DNA of 64,000 nucleotides from the NCBI GenBank assembly GCA_000002435.2, contig CM018792.1; one strand, given 5' to 3'. This DNA is from Giardia intestinalis. Its lineage: Eukaryota. The notes beneath the pieces are model-generated. The model saw only the letters and a list, made by a program, of their open reading frames with translations, was not told where the DNA came from and ran no database searches. This document shows, one piece after another, positions 1 through 9,907 of the stretch (the stretch's first letter is position 1; each line of letters starts with the position of its first letter). The position numbers were made by a program, and so were the translations under genes.

Positions 1-15
1 TTTACTTGTGTTTCT

Positions 16-870
16 ATGGTAATAAGACTCTATAGCAAGTCAGTTCCAGACTTCCTGGACCACCCAGAGGTGGTGGGGTTCTTCATTGTCACCTTCACGG
101 ACCATGGTTTAAAGCGCTTGTATACGAAGAAGAAGGCAGAGTTTGTTGCGGAAATAGCTGCTATTTGCCCTAACTACGATCCAAGTCAACAAATATATCA
201 ATGCAACAATCTCATGTTTATAGACTTGCATACGGCGGACATTTATATAGACGACTTCTCGAGCCTCCTCATAGATGCCGAAAAAATTATCAATCCTCAT
301 GTGAGCCAGATGCAGTACCTGCTGTGGTATCACGGATTTCTTCAGTGCGTCTTCAGGCAGTATCACGACAAAGTTCTTCGAACCATGGCTGCATCTAAAG
401 CTTTAGAAGATATCTATACCGCAATGATCTTTAGAAAGAAGGATATGATAACCTATGATGTCTACTCAAGGCACTTGCAAGATGCAGAAACTGTGAAAAG
501 GGTCAAAAATAAGGTTGTTCTGGGTCTCTTTTATGACATCAGTGGAGTGGCTGTGGACGCCACGTATCTGTCGCTGAATGTAACCCCGAGTGTGGGATGT
601 AAGCGCGAACTGGAAGACTCGGGAGCTCTCCTTGCATACTACCCCCAAGCAAACACCTTGAGCTTGGCATACAGTGACGCCTACTACACTACTAAAGACA
701 AAGCTGAATTCATTGCTGTCTCGATTTATTCCGAACTGGAACAAAAGGTACTATTCCCATTGCTTATCAGCGTCACTGTCCTCCTGCTGCTCTTTACGCT
801 CCTCAAAACAATTTTCAGGAGAACACCTGTAGCGTATCGACTGCGCTTGCATCACGTAACTGGCCGGTGA
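16..870 (+). CDS. Hypothetical membrane protein with a hydrophobic segment about 20 residues from the C-terminus (tail-anchored-like). The 5' end may extend upstream of the window, because there is no in-frame stop in nt 1-15.
   Basis: ATG-initiated 284-aa ORF. Predicted TM helix LFPLLISVTVLLLLFTLL near the C-terminus. No recognisable catalytic motifs. Confidence 0.55.
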   Translation: MVIRLYSKSVPDFLDHPEVVGFFIVTFTDHGLKRLYTKKKAEFVAEIAAICPNYDPSQQIYQCNNLMFIDLHTADIYIDDFSSLLIDAEKIINPHVSQMQYLLWYHGFLQCVFRQYHDKVLRTMAASKALEDIYTAMIFRKKDMITYDVYSRHLQDAETVKRVKNKVVLGLFYDISGVAVDATYLSLNVTPSVGCKRELEDSGALLAYYPQANTLSLAYSDAYYTTKDKAEFIAVSIYSELEQKVLFPLLISVTVLLLLFTLLKTIFRRTPVAYRLRLHHVTGR

Positions 871-2670
871 CTACTTGCTTTCTTCTGTAACGCTTTCAGT
901 GGTAATGGTATCGGAGTCATAAATGAGTCTATCGCTTTCCTTTTCTACGTGGCGTTTAGCAGCACGTCTTAGCCTGCATCTCCTAAGCATCAGGAGGGAA
1001 ACGAGTATCAGAGTGATAACGAGGATAATACCGAAAAGGGACGAGATGATTATAGCTGAAAGGAACCTGTTGCTCGCATCATTCTCCCTAGTGGGCATGT
1101 TGTCCTTTATGTACGTGCGAAGTAGATCCCCCATTGTGACGTTTTCGCTGACATTGCCAGTGGCATCCGACTCTACGTAAATAGTCTTTGGAACATACGA
1201 CTTCGACGAGTCACTGACATTGTGACACGGCCCTCCTCTGCCCATCGCCAAAGTGATGTATCGCGATTCGTAAGATGTCAGGATGATATTATAGCATGCG
1301 CCCCTGTCCATGCTAGAGATATCCTCCTCAAGCAGAATCAGCGGTGCACCCTGGTTTCCAGTCCCCATGCTGTTCATATAGTTTACGACGCACGAAAGCT
1401 CGTCGTAAGTGACGTTGTTTAGGTAGCTCATGACGTAGCGAAAAGGGAATATCGTGTACGTATCATCTAGCGTTATATTCCCCGCATACAAGGACTCTCT
1501 AAAATAACCTGATACGGAGGCGACTAGGGGCCTGCATGTCTTGTCAAAGATGTCCAAGGAGAAGAGCTGGGACGGAACAACGTCCTTGATCCACAAAGAG
1601 TAAAGTGAACTGGAGGAGTCATATGGCGGGGCAAGGTTGTATTCGTGGGGTGAGTACCCTATTACAGTCATGATGTTCAGCGCGGCAACGTACATCTCAA
1701 TCTGCTCCTGAATAGCCAGGCCGTTCTTTGTCAATAAGGCATTCTCTGGTATGTTAAGGCGGAGAGCGGAGTTAGCATACGTGAAGTCGGTGGGGAGGTT
1801 TGGCACGATCTTTGCCATCTGAACGCCTTTATGAATCTCCCCATTGCTCTCATAGTCAACGTCCAAAAACATGTATTCCACGTGTTGCAAGTGCTCTAGG
1901 TAGCAGCCTGCCTCAACCATGTAGCACTGGGTGGCGTTGGGAAAGGGACATTCTTGATTGACCAATATGTGGCTATGGGACGCCAGGAGCAGCATCGGGA
2001 TAGTGTAGTTCTGAGCGTCATAGTAGCTTCGAAAGGCGGCGTAGATTTCGCTCCACTCTGAGTCCCCAGAGGCCATGTGGTTGTTCACTACTAGAACATC
2101 TACACTGTACTTATAAGAGTCAAGAATATCCTGGACGGCGCTGCTCTTAATGACCTGCGCTGGGGGCTTCGTGTGGCCATACTCATAGAGCATCCCGTGA
2201 AAGAGGAAGGAGAAGACCATTGCACGGATGCCATTCTTGAAGGTTAGGTACTTATGTGTGTGCTGAATGAGTGGTGCGCCGTCGCTGTTCCTGTAAGTGT
2301 TAGTAGAAATGAACCTGTCTCCAAAAAGGGTGTCTGAGTGGTCACTGAGGAAGGCTGCAGAATCGGCGTTGTCCATGTCATGGTTACCGATGGTCATGAT
2401 ATCGAAGGGGAGACGCGAAGCAAGGCTATAAATGATCTCCCCCCTAACATCTGTAACATCTGATAGGCCTGTCCCCTCGATGATATCTCCCCCATCAATG
2501 GCTAAGACGTCTGCTGAAGGATCTCTGGCTGCTGCATTATGCATATGCTCAATGTATGAGACTAAAAGACCGTAGTTCCCAATGTCGTGCTGATGAGCAT
2601 GCCCATAGACCCATCCGTGGGTGTCCGAGACAGATAGGACATGGAGAGTGCGGATACCCTCCGCAGGCAT
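871..2670 (-). CDS. 5'-nucleotidase-family calcineurin-like metallophosphoesterase with a C-terminal transmembrane anchor.
   Basis: Motifs VSDTHGW, GGDIIEGTG and GNHDMDN match the DxHG / GDxxxG / GNH(D/E) metallophosphoesterase signature of the 5'-NT/UshA family. C-terminal TM helix IIISSLFGIILVITLILVSLLML. The ORF-track start at 2871 is a TTG and would overlap the divergent gene, so I trimmed to the in-frame ATG at 2670 (codon 68). That ATG is preceded by the A/T-rich initiator AATTATTAAAATG. Confidence 0.65.
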   Translation of the reverse strand: MPAEGIRTLHVLSVSDTHGWVYGHAHQHDIGNYGLLVSYIEHMHNAAARDPSADVLAIDGGDIIEGTGLSDVTDVRGEIIYSLASRLPFDIMTIGNHDMDNADSAAFLSDHSDTLFGDRFISTNTYRNSDGAPLIQHTHKYLTFKNGIRAMVFSFLFHGMLYEYGHTKPPAQVIKSSAVQDILDSYKYSVDVLVVNNHMASGDSEWSEIYAAFRSYYDAQNYTIPMLLLASHSHILVNQECPFPNATQCYMVEAGCYLEHLQHVEYMFLDVDYESNGEIHKGVQMAKIVPNLPTDFTYANSALRLNIPENALLTKNGLAIQEQIEMYVAALNIMTVIGYSPHEYNLAPPYDSSSSLYSLWIKDVVPSQLFSLDIFDKTCRPLVASVSGYFRESLYAGNITLDDTYTIFPFRYVMSYLNNVTYDELSCVVNYMNSMGTGNQGAPLILLEEDISSMDRGACYNIILTSYESRYITLAMGRGGPCHNVSDSSKSYVPKTIYVESDATGNVSENVTMGDLLRTYIKDNMPTRENDASNRFLSAIIISSLFGIILVITLILVSLLMLRRCRLRRAAKRHVEKESDRLIYDSDTITTESVTEESK

Positions 2671-2693
2671 TTTAATAATTACTTCCAGCTCGA
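2671..2693. promoter_or_regulatory. Putative bidirectional A/T-rich initiator shared by divergent genes whose ATGs lie at 2670 (-) and 2694 (+).
   Basis: The 23-bp spacer TTTAATAATTACTTCCAGCTCGA lies between two start codons. A/T-rich initiators adjacent to the ATG are the known core-promoter architecture in Giardia. Confidence 0.45.
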
Positions 2694-4070
2694 ATGACGA
2701 ATGATGTGTTTCTACAGGCTGCAGACGTAGTAAGGGACTTTCGCGCTGGAAAAGGCGGCCTAAAGGCTCTGTGTTATGCTCGAGCCAGCCAGCCGGGGCC
2801 TGTCTATGCCCTGGCCTTGCGGGCCTTGGGACACGCAGATCCGTTGAAAGACACCATTTCACGGCTGGCAAATGCAGACGATACTACACTAGAGCACAAT
2901 CATGTGCTTGTGATGGCCACAGAGGCACTTTTAGGGGACGGAGTACCTCATAGAAGAAGGCGCTTAGAAGGATCCACAAGAGACGCCCTTCGCATAGTCA
3001 AAACTCACATGCCTGAGTTTGCGTGTCTGCTGAAGAAGCCAGACGCGACTAGCGTGAAATCTCACAATGCTACAAGCGCTACACCATACCTACCTCGTGC
3101 ATTTAGAGTTAACCTAGATAAGCGTGAATATCCGGAAATAAACGACGAAGCAGACAGGATGCGACTTACTCTGGAGGCAGAAGAGCAGTGTGTTCTACGT
3201 GTTCAGGATCAATTACAAAACGAACTGCCTCCAGAAGCAAAGCTCACCAGACATCCCATCCTTAAAGATTTTCTGCTGATTTCTGCTCCTGATATGAAGA
3301 TTCCATTCCACAATCTCTGGGTGGTCAAGACAAACCAGGCTGTCATGCAGTCGCTTGCTTCTGGCCTGCCTCTGGCTGCACTTCGCGAGGCCGCCATCAA
3401 GCTATTCCCGTCCCTGAAAAATGTCTGTGTACTCGATGTCTGTGCTGCTCCCGGCTCCAAGACATTCCAAGCCTGCAACTATTTTTCCGGCGTCCACGCT
3501 AATGACCTTGACAGACGTCGCTGTGAGATCATTCTTCGTCGGGGTAAGGAGCTAGTCAGTACAAAAGCTGTGCGGTCTGCAAATGTCGTTGCTGGCCTAC
3601 CAATTAACTCTCTTGTGATCACAAGCAATGACGCTCTCAGACTCAAGGACACTGGTTGCCAGATTATTGTCTGTGATCCCACATGCTCATCCTCGGGCAT
3701 ATACAGTAACAAGGATGCTTCACTCGCGGAGGCGGCGGGGGTGGCGAAAACACACGCTGACCCGGCTGAGCTCAGCCAGTTTCAGATAAAGCTTCTTACT
3801 AAGCTTCTCACGAAGTTTCCCAGTGCGCTGCTAGTGTCGTACAGCACGTGCAGCATTCATTCCGTTGAAAATGAAGACGTCGTGGCGGCGGTTATGGAGG
3901 ATGAGACAGGGATTTCTAAGGAGTGGGAGCTGTGGAACGCGCTTCCAGAGTGGCCACTGCGAGGAAAAAAGCCATACACTTGTTGTTTGCGGGCAGACAA
4001 GCGACAGAAGACTGACGGGTTCTTTGCTGCGATTTTCGTCAGAAAGTCTCTACTCAAAAGGCCCTCATGA
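2694..4070 (+). CDS. NOL1/NOP2/Sun-family RNA (cytosine-C5)-methyltransferase.
   Basis: Signature motifs VLDVCAAPGSKT (SAM binding), CDPTCSSSG (motif IV Cys) and YSTCSI (motif VI Cys). 458 aa. Confidence 0.8.
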   Translation: MTNDVFLQAADVVRDFRAGKGGLKALCYARASQPGPVYALALRALGHADPLKDTISRLANADDTTLEHNHVLVMATEALLGDGVPHRRRRLEGSTRDALRIVKTHMPEFACLLKKPDATSVKSHNATSATPYLPRAFRVNLDKREYPEINDEADRMRLTLEAEEQCVLRVQDQLQNELPPEAKLTRHPILKDFLLISAPDMKIPFHNLWVVKTNQAVMQSLASGLPLAALREAAIKLFPSLKNVCVLDVCAAPGSKTFQACNYFSGVHANDLDRRRCEIILRRGKELVSTKAVRSANVVAGLPINSLVITSNDALRLKDTGCQIIVCDPTCSSSGIYSNKDASLAEAAGVAKTHADPAELSQFQIKLLTKLLTKFPSALLVSYSTCSIHSVENEDVVAAVMEDETGISKEWELWNALPEWPLRGKKPYTCCLRADKRQKTDGFFAAIFVRKSLLKRPS

Positions 4071-5519
4071 CCACTTGTCAACCTCTTCTATTAAGGATTG
4101 TAGCTCGCGTGTCAGAGAAGAAGCATGACCCATTACATTCTGCATCTGATGAATGAGCTGTTCTTTCTTGGCGTCTTGAAGGCTTCGTAGCTTGCTAATC
4201 GTGTCTTGGTATGCACGCATCATGTTCAGCTGGTCCGCGGTGCACTGCTCTAGCTCCTGGTTCTTCTGGGCGAACTCTGCAAGTAGAGCGTCATCTCCTT
4301 TCCGCTCCTCTTCCAACTCCAGTATGCGCTGTCGCTGCTTGACATCTGCCTCCTCTAGCTTTTGGGCTCTGGCCAGCGCTGAATTGAAGTTGTCGACGGT
4401 GTTATTTGTGTGGCTCATTAGTCGATTGGCTACCGCAACAGATGCAGCCCGGTCGATCTGGGCCTCGTGGAGCCCTTCTGTAACAGCCTTTGTTAGTAGT
4501 GAAAGAGCAGCTCTGACGTACCTAAGCTGTGTGGCGGTCGCCTCATCCGTTGCACAAACAAGCACAGACAGTAAATCCACTCGACGAGCTTCTTTGGTAA
4601 GGTAGCCTTCCGAACTGCCATCTATGATGAAAATACTATGGTAAGTGTCAAACATAAGAATCTGTGGAGGTTGCAGAGAGAATGTAAGCCTTGCCTCTGC
4701 ACACATGATGAGCTTCGGGGCTGTGTCAGTAAGTAGGTAGTGTATGGTCAATGCTAGATGTCCATGGTGTCGTCCTAGGAGTACAAGAAACCCTTGGTGA
4801 AGCAGGAGTCCTTGTAACACCAGTGTGTTTTGATTCATATGGCCATCCGGGGTGATACGTATCAACTCATAATGCGGATAGCGCAAAAGATATAAGCCAC
4901 TGGGAAGCAGGTTAGCTGAGTTCTGTGTTACAGTAGTCTGTACAGACAAGAGTGCAATGTGTTTTGACTGGCATAGTATCTTCATTTGAGTTGCGCTTCC
5001 TAGCATATGGGCCCTTTTGTTTTCGATTATGACACATGCGGTGCTGCCAGACAGCTCTTCACTACCCAGAAGAAGTATCGTGCTGTCCTGCAGACTGCCA
5101 GAATCTCCTTGCCAACAGGCAACGTCACTAACTTGTTGTATCGGAAGATTGGACGTGACGGGAAAGAGAGAAGTCAAGGACAAGTCTTTTGCAGAGACAC
5201 GATAGAAGAAGATGCCCCTCTCTGCATGCGGACTGTTGCCATCAAGAGAAATGGGTATAGATGTAACCAGCAACATACTGGATGAAGTAGCGGTACAATA
5301 AGCATGCCACCACCTTGACTCTGTCGTACGAATAGATAATGGCCGGCGCATCCGGGCCACAAACACAGTTCGCATTGCAATCTTGTAGGTTCTAAGCTCC
5401 ATACTCAACTCGTCCTTCAGTGCAGTCACAAGTAAAGCATGCTCCTGGGCGCAGACGCGAGTATTCCGAAGCGCATCTAAGCTTACTGAACACTTCACCC
5501 TCTCAATCATCGTTTTCAT
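4065..5519 (-). CDS. Hypothetical protein with an extended C-terminal coiled coil.
   Basis: 484-aa ATG ORF. Heptad-rich C-terminus (KLEEADVKQRQRILELEEERK...LQSLIEEVDKWS). No TM segment. Confidence 0.65.
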   Translation of the reverse strand: MKTMIERVKCSVSLDALRNTRVCAQEHALLVTALKDELSMELRTYKIAMRTVFVARMRRPLSIRTTESRWWHAYCTATSSSMLLVTSIPISLDGNSPHAERGIFFYRVSAKDLSLTSLFPVTSNLPIQQVSDVACWQGDSGSLQDSTILLLGSEELSGSTACVIIENKRAHMLGSATQMKILCQSKHIALLSVQTTVTQNSANLLPSGLYLLRYPHYELIRITPDGHMNQNTLVLQGLLLHQGFLVLLGRHHGHLALTIHYLLTDTAPKLIMCAEARLTFSLQPPQILMFDTYHSIFIIDGSSEGYLTKEARRVDLLSVLVCATDEATATQLRYVRAALSLLTKAVTEGLHEAQIDRAASVAVANRLMSHTNNTVDNFNSALARAQKLEEADVKQRQRILELEEERKGDDALLAEFAQKNQELEQCTADQLNMMRAYQDTISKLRSLQDAKKEQLIHQMQNVMGHASSLTRELQSLIEEVDKWS

Positions 5520-5584
5520 TCAAGAAGGAGTTTACAGGCGGTTGGCTGCGCTACAGTCAACAGGGAAAAAGGATTGAAAAAGTA

Positions 5585-7585
5585 TCATTCAGAAGGCCTA
5601 CTTAAACTGCGAAGATAACTACGAAGACTACTGTCCCTAGATAACAAATCAGCAGACAATCCCCTGCTATCTTTGATGTCATATTCATAGGGGGCCAATA
5701 CACGCGCAATCTCATTGTGGTTTAGCTTCACTGCCATGAGAAGCGCAGTGTTCCCATTACAATATTGGTCAGTCAGGAAATCTGATGACGTAACCATCCG
5801 TGTCTCTAGGGGCGCCAAAAGCTGCACGAGGTTTAGGTAGTTTTGGACAGTAGCAAACATCAGGGCAGTCCAGCCATATTTGGTCTTGGATCCTACCTCA
5901 CCCTTATAGTTTACGAGCAGCTGAGCGCACTTTTCATGGCCACAAACGACTGCATGCATTAGGGCAGTCCCTGGAAGTAGATATCGCCCGCAGCTCCGTA
6001 ACATGCCGGCCTCCTTCGGGGCCAAAAGAGGAATTGCATCTGCATAGCCCAATTCTGCTGCATACATGAGCGCTGTTTTACCGGAGCGGTCCTGTTGGCC
6101 ATAAAGGCTAGATAGCTGGCGGATGCGTTCCAAGTCGTAAGCAAGCACTGCAGTGACAAGCTCGTTGTGCAGCGAGTCTTCGTATATGAATGGTGGTGTT
6201 AAAGAATCACGCAGATTGGCGTCGTCAAACTTCAGGTTATTACCAGGGGCAGCCTCTGTGGAAGGCGTCGAAGGAGTGACAAGGCAATTGCTAGACATAG
6301 ATACAGGTTGAAATGAATAGTCTCCAGAGTGGTGATCTATTGTGACCACTACATAAGACCACGCGTCAGAATCAAATGGCATGAGAGGTTGAGGACTAAT
6401 GTCCAGTGAAGTAGATGACTCTGACCCATAGAAGCTTGTTGTCTTCATGCCAGTACAATCTGGAGAATGATAGCTGGTAGAAACAACGGACTTAGGTTTA
6501 GATTTAGTAGTAGATAATACAATCGCAGTTTCTTCTGTGATGGTGGATACATCAGAAGTGGTTACACAAGTCTGGGAACTTGCCGAGACTGTAGCAATGG
6601 GACACTGGGTCTGCACATAGGCATCTACTATCTCTGGTTTCTCTCTGGAACTACGAGTTAGTTCTAATAGCTGGGAGGTCTGCTTTGTATAAGCCAATCG
6701 GGATGCTTCTAATTTTTTCTCTAACTCTGCTACCTGGGTCTCTAACTCTGCTATCCGAGTGTTCGTTTTAGCAGATACCAATAAAGATAAGGGAGGTAGA
6801 GCCGGGGGGTTTCGAATCAAAGGTGTTGTTAGGATGACATTGGGATTAGTTGTTGAGCTGCTCTCCGCAAACGTGTCAGTGTGTTTCGTGTGTTGACGAG
6901 AGCGAGGGACCTCTGTGGAAAAGGATCGACCGACTTTGGGAGAGGCTGAAAAAGACATACGGGGCACGGTTATTAAAGGTGTAGTGTTAAATTTGTCAAT
7001 GGACACAGGAGAGGATAGCTTCTCTGAAGACTGGAGTATAGCCTGTAGTTCTCTAGTCACTACAGCATCGGGCTCCTTCTCAACACACCAAGCCAGAGCG
7101 TTTGTCAGTTGGTCAGGTAAGTACCTAATGCTTTGTAATGCTGAAACAGCAAGTTCGCTTCTTGGAGAGCTCAAGATCACCTGGAGGCTGGATCTTCCTA
7201 ATGAGTCATACTGGCAGCCCTGGATGGAGATGAGCTCCATCGTTACTCCCTTATCAAAAGGATCCATCGACAGCGCAACGTCGAGGGCTGTGTACCGCTT
7301 ATCCTGTCCTAGAAGCAGGTCGAATTCTAGCCGTCCCAGGACTCGTACAAACGAAAGATTAAGCCGTAGAACCGCCTCAAGAAGAGCGCTGCGTCCAGTA
7401 TTATCAACGAAGCCAGCTTCGTGTTGAGCAAGCAAAATGACAAGGTGCATGTGACCAAGTCGGGTGGCTGTCATGAGCGCCGTGGCCCCGTTTTCGTTCC
7501 GCTGACCCTTCATCGTCTTGATAGCTTTCAGAACATACGCCAAGTTTCCTGATTCTACTGCAGAAAACCATGCTGCCGTATCCAT
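5585..7585 (-). CDS. Ankyrin-repeat protein (Giardia 'Protein 21.1'-type) with a central coiled coil.
   Basis: N- and C-terminal ANK repeats (GATALMTATRLGHMHLVILL; GKTALMYAAELGYADAIPLL; GWTALMFATVQNYLNLVQLL). Central IAELETQVAELEKKLEAS coiled coil. Confidence 0.8.
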   Translation of the reverse strand: MDTAAWFSAVESGNLAYVLKAIKTMKGQRNENGATALMTATRLGHMHLVILLAQHEAGFVDNTGRSALLEAVLRLNLSFVRVLGRLEFDLLLGQDKRYTALDVALSMDPFDKGVTMELISIQGCQYDSLGRSSLQVILSSPRSELAVSALQSIRYLPDQLTNALAWCVEKEPDAVVTRELQAILQSSEKLSSPVSIDKFNTTPLITVPRMSFSASPKVGRSFSTEVPRSRQHTKHTDTFAESSSTTNPNVILTTPLIRNPPALPPLSLLVSAKTNTRIAELETQVAELEKKLEASRLAYTKQTSQLLELTRSSREKPEIVDAYVQTQCPIATVSASSQTCVTTSDVSTITEETAIVLSTTKSKPKSVVSTSYHSPDCTGMKTTSFYGSESSTSLDISPQPLMPFDSDAWSYVVVTIDHHSGDYSFQPVSMSSNCLVTPSTPSTEAAPGNNLKFDDANLRDSLTPPFIYEDSLHNELVTAVLAYDLERIRQLSSLYGQQDRSGKTALMYAAELGYADAIPLLAPKEAGMLRSCGRYLLPGTALMHAVVCGHEKCAQLLVNYKGEVGSKTKYGWTALMFATVQNYLNLVQLLAPLETRMVTSSDFLTDQYCNGNTALLMAVKLNHNEIARVLAPYEYDIKDSRGLSADLLSRDSSLRSYLRSLSRPSE

Positions 7586-7674
7586 TCAGGGATTTGTATA
7601 AATGTGCTAAAAAGGACAGAATTGTAAATTTTTGCTAGATAGGAGGCTTACTCGGTCCTATTTTGCTCTGAGAC

Positions 7675-9846
7675 ATGGACGTAGAATCATCCAAAGAATG
7701 GTTTTCAAGCATCTTGCACGAGGACGTAGAAGCTGTTCAGAAAAATGCCGAGCAGCGGGCCGGAACCAAGACAGAAGACGGTGACACGGGCCTATTGTTA
7801 GCCACGAAGTCTGGATTGGTTAAAGTGGTTTCTGTTCTTGCGCGTTATGAAAGCGGGCATCGCGATGCAGCCGGTCTCACTGCGCTTGCCATTGGGATTC
7901 TTGAGGGAAAACTTTCTATCTGCAAGCTTTTAGCGCCGTATGAAGCCTGCGTACCTGTGCTTTTGCATGGCGAGGAAAAGGCACCCATGGTTTTGGCATT
8001 GGAAACGGGCTGTCTCGACGTCGTGGCCACCATATTGGAGTACGTTGATTTGAGTGCTGAAACTAATATGCATGACCAATACATTGTAGCAGCGGTCTCA
8101 TCTGGCCGACTTGACGTTGTGAAGTATGCACTGAAGCACTGTGCTGCGGACCTTAAGAGCATAGAGCGCGCCTTGCCTATTGCAACCGGGGAAATAGAAG
8201 CGTATCTCAGGAAAATACACGAGATTCTCTGCATAAGCACGTGTCCCGTGTGCGGGCATGTGAATTTAGCCAACTTTTCCGTCCTTCCATTGCATTTGAT
8301 GACTTCACACTCACCAACAGAGCCTGGCTCCTCTTCCATCGTATCTGCAGATTCCCTTGAAAAGGACAAAATAATACTCAATCAGAAGTTAGAGATCGAA
8401 AGGCTACGCAAGAAGCTTGCTGAGTTCCGTGTCTCTCTTGACAGTGCAGGCATAGAGCCTACTGGAAATAACGAACACAGTGATCTATCATGCTTTTCGG
8501 ACTCATCTCAGTTACGAGATCTCTCAACGATGAACCATCTAGATGCTCAAGACAAAGAAATGCAATTAAGTAGTCTTGAGGAAGAAACTCTGGGCAAGGA
8601 GATACAAATCAATATTATAGATGCCCTAGCTGATGATGTTCACGCGCCAGCAGCATGTTCAGTTGACCCAGCAATCTCTACCTGCCAGCGATCATCCTCC
8701 ATGCCCAACATCTTTCCAGAGCGGTTATTAGCAACGTATGCTGACGATTCCGAGACTCATTTAAGAGACTTTGTAAGCCAGCAGTTGCACAGGTACAGAA
8801 CCATCCGTATTGAGCAGGTCGGTAACGCTGAAGTTGACATGCACCTGGTTAAGGAGATGCAGGAGAAACCATTTGATACACCAGCTAATCTAAACGCGTA
8901 TGCGCACTACTACACAGAGTCTTCAATGACGAACAGTGCTCTCGAGCTTCCCAGTGCGACAACCTCCAGCACGACAAGTTTAGCAAACTATGATGCAACA
9001 GAGTCCATTCAAGTTCCTGATCCAGTCGAGAAGTATGTCTATGTGCGCTTGCGCTTTGACAGCTACGAGGATTGTCTCTATGGGACAATAGCGGAGCATA
9101 TCCTTCCCGTTACTCTCTGTCGCATTTCTGAGACAAGTGATGGTGCATTGCAAGAGTCCATTACTACTACGGGGCTGTTCCGGAGAGGACATGTTGGTCA
9201 GAAGCTATCTTCCTCGTGTTCAGAAGACATAGCCGACAGGACCCCACTCATGGTGGCTGCCGCAGCAGGTGATCTTGAGGTCTGCCGAAGCCTCCTGTTT
9301 GATCACGTCGGTAAGCGTACTAATAGTGGAAAGACTGCGCTTATGTTTGCAGCCGAGGGAGGTCATGCAGATATTGTGAGGCTACTCCTGGAGAAAGAAG
9401 CAGGAAAAATCGCAAACAGTAGAAATCAGGTAGCTCCAGTGACTGCACTGCAAACAGCCGCATTGTACGGCTATGATGCCATCGTTAGCCTTCTCCTGGA
9501 TGCAGAGGGAGGAATGCAAGACAAGTATGGCTTCACAGCTCTAATGTACGCCTCAGCAAACAACAACGTAGCGTGCATCAAGTTACTCCTATCTAGGGAG
9601 GCAGGATTATTAACAAATGCTAAATTTGTGACCGGCCAAGGCATGAGCGCCTTGGTTATTGCAACTGCGAACAACAATATTGAAGCAGTGAAGCTTTTAC
9701 TTCCAGCAGAAGAGTACATGCCTCGAGTACGCTCTAGGGCTATCGCATACGGGGCTGGAAACGAGTGTGTTGCATATATAAAAGCAGTTGAAGAAAAGCG
9801 CTTAGCTAAACTTCGGGCTTGCAGTGCAGTTAACAACAAGAGTTAA
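7675..9846 (+). CDS. Ankyrin-repeat protein ('Protein 21.1'-type).
   Basis: ANK repeats at both ends (GDTGLLLATKSGLVKVVSVL; GKTALMFAAEGGHADIVRLLL; GFTALMYASANNNVACIKLLL). Cys/His cluster CISTCPVCGH. Divergent from the previous gene with an 89-bp spacer. Confidence 0.8.
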   Translation: MDVESSKEWFSSILHEDVEAVQKNAEQRAGTKTEDGDTGLLLATKSGLVKVVSVLARYESGHRDAAGLTALAIGILEGKLSICKLLAPYEACVPVLLHGEEKAPMVLALETGCLDVVATILEYVDLSAETNMHDQYIVAAVSSGRLDVVKYALKHCAADLKSIERALPIATGEIEAYLRKIHEILCISTCPVCGHVNLANFSVLPLHLMTSHSPTEPGSSSIVSADSLEKDKIILNQKLEIERLRKKLAEFRVSLDSAGIEPTGNNEHSDLSCFSDSSQLRDLSTMNHLDAQDKEMQLSSLEEETLGKEIQINIIDALADDVHAPAACSVDPAISTCQRSSSMPNIFPERLLATYADDSETHLRDFVSQQLHRYRTIRIEQVGNAEVDMHLVKEMQEKPFDTPANLNAYAHYYTESSMTNSALELPSATTSSTTSLANYDATESIQVPDPVEKYVYVRLRFDSYEDCLYGTIAEHILPVTLCRISETSDGALQESITTTGLFRRGHVGQKLSSSCSEDIADRTPLMVAAAAGDLEVCRSLLFDHVGKRTNSGKTALMFAAEGGHADIVRLLLEKEAGKIANSRNQVAPVTALQTAALYGYDAIVSLLLDAEGGMQDKYGFTALMYASANNNVACIKLLLSREAGLLTNAKFVTGQGMSALVIATANNNIEAVKLLLPAEEYMPRVRSRAIAYGAGNECVAYIKAVEEKRLAKLRACSAVNNKS

Positions 9847-9907
9847 TCTTTCCCTTGCAGTGTATATTCTATTTCCTTGGATTGAAACGATTGCATTTAC
9901 AAAAAGG

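Noticed and set aside
2671-2871. N-terminal extensions of track ORFs (2671-2871, 9824-9907, 24889-24948, 28671-28733, 43722-43724, 48868-48870, 48999-49064)
   Set aside because: The first codon is TTG or GTG rather than ATG, and the extension overlaps the neighbouring gene or its promoter. I trimmed each to the first in-frame ATG, which is immediately preceded by an A/T-rich initiator.
6915-7427. 170-aa plus-strand ORF inside the minus-strand ankyrin gene, and similar internal antisense ORFs (e.g. 11814-12347, 12280-12849, 17777-18148, 44495-45118)
   Set aside because: These are shadow ORFs antisense to long, domain-bearing genes. They have low complexity and no motifs, as expected by chance in roughly 50% GC sequence.
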